Positions 26,182 through 32,484 of a stretch of DNA of 32,484 nucleotides are shown here, one piece after another (the stretch's first letter is position 1; each line of letters starts with the position of its first letter). The translations under genes were made by a program, and so were the position numbers. The notes beneath the pieces were generated by a model that saw only the letters and a program-made list of their open reading frames with translations, ran no database searches and had not been told where the DNA came from. The DNA is from a virus (taxonomy: Duplodnaviria > Heunggongvirae > Uroviricota > Caudoviricetes): the IMG/VR virus record IMGVR_UViG_2548876858_000013; one strand, 5' to 3'.

Positions 26182-27372
26182 ATGAGTGACTATCATCACG
26201 GCGTGCAGGTGCTGGAGATTAACGACGGCACCCGCGTCATTTCCACTGTATCCACGGCCATTGTCGGCATGGTCTGCACGGCCAGCGATGCGGATGCGGA
26301 AATCTTCCCCCTCAATAAACCGGTGCTGATTACCAATGTGCAGAGCGCAATTGCAAAGGCCGGTAAAAAAGGCACGCTGGCGGCATCGTTGCAGGCTATC
26401 GCCGACCAGTCAAAACCGGTCACCGTTGTTGTGCGCGTGGAAGACGGCACCGGCGACGACGAAGAAACGAAACTCGCGCAGACCGTTTCCAATATCATCG
26501 GCACCACCGACGAAAACGGTCAGTACACCGGACTGAAAGCCCTGATGGGGGCGGAGTCGGTTACCGGCGTTAAACCACGCATTCTCGGCGTACCGGGGCT
26601 GGACACCAAAGAGGTTGCCGTCGCACTGGCATCGGTATGCCAGGAACTGAATGCATTCGGGTATATCAGCGCATGGGGCTGTAAAACCATTTCCGAGGCA
26701 AAAGCCTACCGTCAGAATTTCAGCCAGCGTGAGCTGATGGTCATCTGGCCGGATTTCCTCGCATGGGATACGGTTACCAGTACCACCGCCACCGCGTATG
26801 CCACCGCCCGTGCGCTGGGTCTGCGCGCTAAAATCGACCAGGAGCAGGGCTGGCATAAAACGCTGTCCAACGTCGGGGTGAACGGTGTTACCGGCATCAG
26901 TGCATCCGTCTTCTGGGATTTGCAGAAGCCCGGCACTGATGCTGACCTGCTTAACGAGTCAGGCGTCACTACGCTGATTCGCCGCGACGGTTTCCGCTTC
27001 TGGGGTAACCGTACCTGCTCTGATGATCCGCTGTTCCTCTTTGAAAGTTACACCCGCACCGCGCAGGTACTGGCCGACACGATGGCTGAGGCGCACATGT
27101 GGGCTATTGATAAGCCCATCACCGCAACGCTGATTCGCGACATCATTGACGGCATCAATGCCAAATTCCGTGAACTGAAAAACAACGGTTATATCGTGGA
27201 TGGCACATGCTGGTTCAGCGAAGAATCCAACGATGCGGAAACCCTCAAGGCCGGCAAACTGTATATCGACTACGACTATACACCGGTGCCTCCTCTTGAA
27301 AATCTGACCCTGCGCCAGCGTATTACTTCCAGATACCTGGCAAGTCTGGTCACTTCGGTTAACAGCAATTAA
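26182..27372 (+). CDS. FI: Tail sheath protein (P2 gpFI-like)
   Basis: 396 aa, recalled P2 FI length. Confidence 0.9.
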   Translation: MSDYHHGVQVLEINDGTRVISTVSTAIVGMVCTASDADAEIFPLNKPVLITNVQSAIAKAGKKGTLAASLQAIADQSKPVTVVVRVEDGTGDDEETKLAQTVSNIIGTTDENGQYTGLKALMGAESVTGVKPRILGVPGLDTKEVAVALASVCQELNAFGYISAWGCKTISEAKAYRQNFSQRELMVIWPDFLAWDTVTSTTATAYATARALGLRAKIDQEQGWHKTLSNVGVNGVTGISASVFWDLQKPGTDADLLNESGVTTLIRRDGFRFWGNRTCSDDPLFLFESYTRTAQVLADTMAEAHMWAIDKPITATLIRDIIDGINAKFRELKNNGYIVDGTCWFSEESNDAETLKAGKLYIDYDYTPVPPLENLTLRQRITSRYLASLVTSVNSN

Positions 27373-27384
27373 GGAGCCTGACCG

Positions 27385-27903
27385 ATGGCAATGCCGCGCA
27401 AACTCAAGTTAATGAACGTCTTTCTGAACGGCTACAGCTATCAGGGCGTTGCAAAGTCCGTCACGCTGCCAAAACTGACCCGTAAGCTCGAAAACTATCG
27501 CGGTGCGGGGATGAACGGCAGCGCACCGGTAGACCTCGGCCTTGATGACGATGCGCTGTCAATGGAGTGGTCGCTCGGTGGTTTCCCGGATTCGGTTATC
27601 TGGGAGCTTTACGCAGCAACCGGTGTGGATGCCGTGCCGATTCGTTTTGCAGGCTCTTACCAGCGCGACGATACCGGCGAAACGGTGGCCGTCGAGGTGG
27701 TCATGCGTGGACGTCAGAAAGAAATCGACACCGGCGAGGGTAAACAGGGAGAAGACACCGAGTCGAAAATCTCCGTGGTCTGCACCTATTTCCGGCTGAC
27801 GATGGACGGTAAGGAGCTGGTCGAAATTGACACCATCAACATGATTGAGAAGGTGAACGGCGTCGACCGGCTGGAGCAACACCGCCGCAATATTGGCCTG
27901 TGA
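27385..27903 (+). CDS. FII: Tail tube protein (P2 gpFII-like)
   Basis: 172 aa, recalled P2 FII length; directly after the sheath gene. Confidence 0.9.
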   Translation: MAMPRKLKLMNVFLNGYSYQGVAKSVTLPKLTRKLENYRGAGMNGSAPVDLGLDDDALSMEWSLGGFPDSVIWELYAATGVDAVPIRFAGSYQRDDTGETVAVEVVMRGRQKEIDTGEGKQGEDTESKISVVCTYFRLTMDGKELVEIDTINMIEKVNGVDRLEQHRRNIGL

Positions 27904-27959
27904 TTTTCATCCGGTCAGCCTGACTGGCCGGTTAACCCCGATTCAGATGTGAGAAAACC

Positions 27960-28235
27960 ATGAACAAAGAAAATGTGATTACCCTGGAAAATCCGGTCAA
28001 ACGTGGTGAGCAGGTTATCAAACAGGTCACGCTGATGAAACCTAATGCCGGGACGCTTCGCGGTGTCAGTCTGGCTTCGGTCGCACACTCCGAAGTCGAT
28101 GCACTTATTAAGGTGCTGCCGCGCATGACGGCACCGATGCTGACCGAGCAGGAAGTCGCCGCGCTGGAACTGCCTGACCTTGTGGAACTGGCCGGTAAGG
28201 TGGTCGGTTTTTTGTCGCCGAACTCGGTGCAGTGA
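27960..28235 (+). CDS. E: Tail assembly chaperone (P2 gpE-like)
   Basis: 91 aa, recalled P2 gpE length; contains the slippery run GGTTTTTTG near its 3' end. Confidence 0.85.
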   Translation: MNKENVITLENPVKRGEQVIKQVTLMKPNAGTLRGVSLASVAHSEVDALIKVLPRMTAPMLTEQEVAALELPDLVELAGKVVGFLSPNSVQ

Positions 28236-28387
28236 CGTTTCCGAAAAATCTGTCGGTCGATGACCTGATGGCGGATGTGGCAGTGATATTTCACTGGCCG
28301 CCATCAGAACTGTATCCCATGAGCCTGACCGAACTTATCACATGGCGCGAAAAGGCGCTCCGGCGAAGCGGAAACACGAATGAGTAA
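27960..28387 (+). CDS. gpE+E' product of a programmed -1 ribosomal frameshift
   Basis: Slippery sequence T TTT TTG at 28208-28214. Hand translation of the -1 frame from 28214 gives VAELGAVTFPKNLSVDDLMADVAVIFHWPPSELYPMSLTELITWREKALRRSGNTNE, stopping at 28385-28387 and overlapping the T start; fusion about 142 aa, the recalled P2 E+E' length. Confidence 0.7.
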
Positions 28388-30827
28388 CAATGTAAAATTA
28401 CAGGTATTGCTCAGGGCTGTTGACCAGGCATCCCGCCCGTTTAAATCCATCCGTACAGCGAGCAAGTCGCTGTCGGGGGATATCCGGGACACACAAAAAT
28501 CACTGCGCGAGCTGAACGGTCACGCATCCCGTATTGAGGGATTTCGCAAGACCAGCGCACAGCTCGCCGTGACTGGTCATGCACTTGAGAAGGCACGGCT
28601 GGAAGCCGAAGCCCTTGCCACACAGTTTAAAAATACCGAACGTCCGACCCGTGCTCAGGCGAAAGTGCTGGAATCCGTAAAGCGAGCGGCGGAGGACTTA
28701 CAGGCGAAATATAACCGCCTGACGGATTCCGTTAAACGCCAGCAGCGGGAGCTGGCCGCTGTGGGAATTAATACCCGCAATCTTGCACATGATGAGCAGG
28801 GACTGAAAAACCGTATCAGTGAAACCACTACACAGCTTAACCGTCAGCGTGATGCGCTGGCGCGTGTCAGTGCGCAACAGGCAAAACTTAACGCAGTAAA
28901 ACAGCGTTATCAGGCCGGAAAGGAACTGGCCGGAAATATGGCCTCGGTGGGCGCTGCCGGTGTGGGGATTGCGGCGGCGGGAACGATGGCCGGAGTTAAG
29001 TTGCTGATGCCCGGTTATGAGTTTGCGCAGAAAAACTCAGAATTGCAGGCCGTGCTCGGAGTGGCAAAAGACTCCGCCGAAATGGCCGCGCTCCGCAAGC
29101 AGGCGCGCCAGCTCGGCGATAATACCGCCGCCTCGGCGGATGATGCGGCCGGTGCGCAGATTATCATTGCGAAAGCGGGTGGAGATGCTGCGGCTATTCA
29201 GGCGGCAACGCCGGTCACGCTGAATATGGCACTGGCGAACCGCCGCACGATGGAAGAAAACGCCGCCCTGCTGATGGGGATGAAATCCGCCTTTCAGCTT
29301 TCAAACGATAAGGTCGCTCATATCGGGGATGTTCTCTCCATGACGATGAACAAAACTGCCGCCGATTTTGACGGCATGAGCGATGCGCTGACCTATGCCG
29401 CACCTGTGGCAAAAAATGCCGGTGTCAGCATTGAAGAAACCGCCGCAATGGTCGGGGCGCTGCATGATGCAAAAATTACCGGTTCAATGGCGGGGACGGG
29501 AAGCCGTGCCGTGTTAAGTCGCCTGCAGGCACCGACGGGAAAAGCATGGGATGCACTCAAAGAGCTTGGCGTGAAAACCTCAGACAGCAAGGGGAATACC
29601 CGGCCAGTATTTACCATTCTGAAAGAAATGCAGGCCAGTTTTGAGAAAAACCGGCTCGGTACTGCCCAGCAGGCTGAATACATGAAAACTATTTTCGGGG
29701 AGGAGGCCAGCTCAGCCGCCGCTGTGCTGATGACTGCCGCCTCAACCGGAAAGCTGGACAAACTGACCGCTGCGTTTAAAGCCTCAGACGGAAAGACCGC
29801 AGAGCTGGTAAATATCATGCAGGACAACCTCGGCGGTGACTTTAAGGAGTTTCAGTCCGCTTATGAGGCGGTGGGGACTGACCTGTTTGACCAGCAGGAA
29901 GGCGCACTGCGTAAGCTCACGCAGACGGCCACAAAGTATGTGTTAAAACTCGACGGCTGGATCCAGAAAAATAAATCACTGGCGTCAACCATCGGCATTA
30001 TTGCCGGTGGTGCACTGGCGCTGACTGGCATCATTGGTGCCATTGGCCTCGTAGCCTGGCCGGTTATCACCGGCATCAATGCCATCATCGCGGCAGCAGG
30101 CGCAATGGGGGCAATCTTCACGACGGTTGGCAGTGCCGTTATGACGGCCATCGGGGCGATTAGCTGGCCGGTTGTGGCTGTGGTGGCCGCCATTGTCGCC
30201 GGGGCGTTGCTTATCCGTAAATACTGGGAGCCTGTCAGCGCATTCTTTGGCGGTGTGGTTGAAGGGCTGAAAGCGGCATTTGCGCCGGTGGGGGAATTGT
30301 TCACGCCACTTAAACCGGTGTTTGACTGGCTGGGTGAAAAGTTACAGGCCGCGTGGCAGTGGTTTAAAAACCTGATTGCCCCGGTCAAAGCCACCCAGGA
30401 CACACTGAACCGTTGCCGTGACACGGGCGTCATGTTCGGGCAGGCACTGGCTGACGCGCTGATGCTGCCGCTTAATGCGTTCAACAAACTGCGCAGTGGT
30501 ATTGACTGGGTACTGGAAAAACTCGGTGTCATCAACAAAGAGTCAGACACACTTGACCAGACCGCCGCCAGAACTCAAGCCGCCACGTATGGCAGCAGTG
30601 GTTATATTCCGGCGACCAGCTCTTATGCAGGCTATCAGGCTTATCAGCCGGTCACGGCACCGGCTGGTCGCTCTTATGTAGACCAGAGTAAAAACGAATA
30701 TCACATCAGCCTTACGGGTGGTACTGCGCCGGGGACACAGCTTGACCGCCAGTTACAGGATGCGCTCGAAAAATACGAGCGGGATAAACGTGCGCGCGCC
30801 CGTGCCAGCATGATGCATGACGGTTAA
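28380..30827 (+). CDS. T: Tail tape measure protein (P2 gpT-like)
   Basis: 815 aa, recalled P2 gpT length; central hydrophobic Gly/Ala-rich segment. Confidence 0.9.
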   Translation: MSNNVKLQVLLRAVDQASRPFKSIRTASKSLSGDIRDTQKSLRELNGHASRIEGFRKTSAQLAVTGHALEKARLEAEALATQFKNTERPTRAQAKVLESVKRAAEDLQAKYNRLTDSVKRQQRELAAVGINTRNLAHDEQGLKNRISETTTQLNRQRDALARVSAQQAKLNAVKQRYQAGKELAGNMASVGAAGVGIAAAGTMAGVKLLMPGYEFAQKNSELQAVLGVAKDSAEMAALRKQARQLGDNTAASADDAAGAQIIIAKAGGDAAAIQAATPVTLNMALANRRTMEENAALLMGMKSAFQLSNDKVAHIGDVLSMTMNKTAADFDGMSDALTYAAPVAKNAGVSIEETAAMVGALHDAKITGSMAGTGSRAVLSRLQAPTGKAWDALKELGVKTSDSKGNTRPVFTILKEMQASFEKNRLGTAQQAEYMKTIFGEEASSAAAVLMTAASTGKLDKLTAAFKASDGKTAELVNIMQDNLGGDFKEFQSAYEAVGTDLFDQQEGALRKLTQTATKYVLKLDGWIQKNKSLASTIGIIAGGALALTGIIGAIGLVAWPVITGINAIIAAAGAMGAIFTTVGSAVMTAIGAISWPVVAVVAAIVAGALLIRKYWEPVSAFFGGVVEGLKAAFAPVGELFTPLKPVFDWLGEKLQAAWQWFKNLIAPVKATQDTLNRCRDTGVMFGQALADALMLPLNAFNKLRSGIDWVLEKLGVINKESDTLDQTAARTQAATYGSSGYIPATSSYAGYQAYQPVTAPAGRSYVDQSKNEYHISLTGGTAPGTQLDRQLQDALEKYERDKRARARASMMHDG

Positions 30828-30841
30828 GGAGGTGAGGAAAA

Positions 30842-31321
30842 ATGATGCTCGCGTTAGGTATGTTTGTTTTTATGCGCCAGACGTTGCCACACCAGACCAT
30901 GCAGCGTGAATCAGATTATCGCTGGCCGTCAAATTCCCGTATCGGTAAACGGGATGCCTTTCAGTTTCTCGGTGTGGGTGAGGAAAACATCACGCTTGCC
31001 GGTGTGCTTTATCCCGAACTGACCGGCGGGAAGCTGACGATGACCACGCTCAGGCTGATGGCAGAGGAAGGCCGGGCGTGGCCGTTGCTGGATGGCACCG
31101 GCATGATTTACGGCATGTATGTCATCAGCAGGGTGAGTGAAACAGGGAGTATTTTCTTTGCAGACGGCACACCCCGAAAAATTGATTTTACGCTGTCGCT
31201 CACCCGCGTTGATGAATCACTGGCCGCGCTTTATGGCGATATCGGTAAACAGGCGGAATCGCTCATCGGTAAGGCTGGCAGTATGGCGACTAAATTCACG
31301 GGTATGACGGGGGCGGGATAA
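30842..31321 (+). CDS. U: Tail protein (P2 gpU-like)
   Basis: 159 aa, recalled P2 gpU length. Confidence 0.85.
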   Translation: MMLALGMFVFMRQTLPHQTMQRESDYRWPSNSRIGKRDAFQFLGVGEENITLAGVLYPELTGGKLTMTTLRLMAEEGRAWPLLDGTGMIYGMYVISRVSETGSIFFADGTPRKIDFTLSLTRVDESLAALYGDIGKQAESLIGKAGSMATKFTGMTGAG

Positions 31322-32484
31322 TGCTGGATGCGCTGACATTTGATGCAGGCAGCACGCTGACGCCGGATTACATGCTGATGCTCGACAGTAGGGATATTAC
31401 CGGCAATATCAGCGACCGTCTGATGAGCATGACCCTGACGGATAACCGGGGCTTTGAGGCTGACCAGCTTGATATTGAACTGAACGATGCCGACGGGCAG
31501 GTCGGGCTGCCGGTTCGTGGCGCTGTCCTGACGGTGTATATCGGCTGGAAAGGTTTTGCCCTGGTATGCAAAGGGAAATTCACCGTTGATGAGGTTGAAC
31601 ACAGGGGCGCGCCGGATGTGGTCACTATCCGCGCCCTGAGTGCAGATTTTCGCGGGACGCTCAATTCCCGCCGTGAAGGCTCCTGGCATGACACCACGCT
31701 CGGTGCGATTGTTGAGGCGATAGCCTCCCGTAACAGGCTGGAAGCCAGTGTCGCTCCGTCACTGGCCGGAATTAAAATCCCGCACATCGACCAGTCGCAG
31801 GAGTCTGATGCAAAATTCCTGACCCGCCTTGCTGAACGCAACGGCGGTGAGGTGTCGGTAAAAATGGGAAAATTGTTGTTTCTCAAAGCGGGGCAGGGGG
31901 TGACGGCCAGCGGTAAAAAAATCCCGCAGATTACCATCGCCCGCAGCGACGGCGACCGTCATCATTTTGCGATTGCTGACCGTGGAGCCTACACCGGCGT
32001 AACGGCAAAGTGGTTACACACCAAAGACCCGAAGCCACAAAAGCAGAAGGTAAAACTGAAACGCAAAAAGAAAGAGAAACACCTGCGCGCACTGGAGCAC
32101 CCGAAAGCGAAACCGGTCACGCAGAAGAAAGCGCCAAAAGTACCGGAAGCGCGCGAAGGTGAATACATGGCCGGTGAGGATGACAATGTTTTTGCCCTGA
32201 CCACGGTATATGCCACGAAAGCGCAGGCCATGCGCGCCGCTCAGGCGAAGTGGGATAAACTGCAACGGGGCGTTGCGGAGTTCTCCATCAGCCTGGCTAC
32301 CGGTCGGGCAGATATTTACACGGAAACACCGGTTAAGGTGTCAGGCTTTAAGCGCGTCATAGACGAGCAGGACTGGACCATAACTAAGGTGACACATTTT
32401 CTGAATAATAGCGGCTTCACGACGTCCTTAGAGCTTGAGGTCAGGCTTTCTGATGTGGAGTACGAAACAGAAGATGATGAGTGA
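31321..32484 (+). CDS. D: Late tail protein (P2 gpD-like)
   Basis: 387 aa, recalled P2 gpD length; start overlaps the U stop; window ends at its stop codon. Confidence 0.9.
   Translation: MLDALTFDAGSTLTPDYMLMLDSRDITGNISDRLMSMTLTDNRGFEADQLDIELNDADGQVGLPVRGAVLTVYIGWKGFALVCKGKFTVDEVEHRGAPDVVTIRALSADFRGTLNSRREGSWHDTTLGAIVEAIASRNRLEASVAPSLAGIKIPHIDQSQESDAKFLTRLAERNGGEVSVKMGKLLFLKAGQGVTASGKKIPQITIARSDGDRHHFAIADRGAYTGVTAKWLHTKDPKPQKQKVKLKRKKKEKHLRALEHPKAKPVTQKKAPKVPEAREGEYMAGEDDNVFALTTVYATKAQAMRAAQAKWDKLQRGVAEFSISLATGRADIYTETPVKVSGFKRVIDEQDWTITKVTHFLNNSGFTTSLELEVRLSDVEYETEDDE

Larger units (their letters stand above)
1..32484. mobile_element. P2-like prophage, int through D; attL, ogr and attR outside window
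   Basis: Complete P2-type gene order with protein lengths matching recalled P2 values; P2-type cos sequence at 7113-7131; window begins at the int stop and ends at the gpD stop. Confidence 0.9.

Overview
Almost the whole window is one P2-like temperate myovirus prophage, probably in an enterobacterial host, running from the integrase stop codon (position 1) to the stop codon of late gene D (32484). attL, ogr and attR lie outside the window. Gene order is int, C, cox, small early genes, A | cargo, cos, cargo | Q, P / O, N, M, L, X, Y, K, lysA/B/C, R, S | cargo | V, W, J, I, H, G | cargo | FI, FII, E/E', T, U, D. Most structural and lysis proteins match the P2 protein lengths I recall, in P2 order; that is recollection, not a database result. 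The three loci where P2-like phages carry variable cargo (A to Q, S to V, G to FI) are all occupied by visibly AT-rich DNA unlike the GC-richer phage backbone. The most interesting cargo is a translationally coupled two-gene operon (7356-9130) inserted between a P2-type cos site (7113-7131) and portal gene Q. It encodes a 360-aa soluble protein and a 229-aa protein with two N-terminal transmembrane helices; I cannot place either in a known family by eye, and it is the best candidate here for an undescribed anti-phage system. The other two loci each carry a single membrane-protein gene (261 aa with 3 TM at S-V; 232 aa with an N-terminal TM at G-FI). No rRNA, tRNA or CRISPR array was seen. All functional calls rest on synteny, length and motifs read by eye; no homology search was run.
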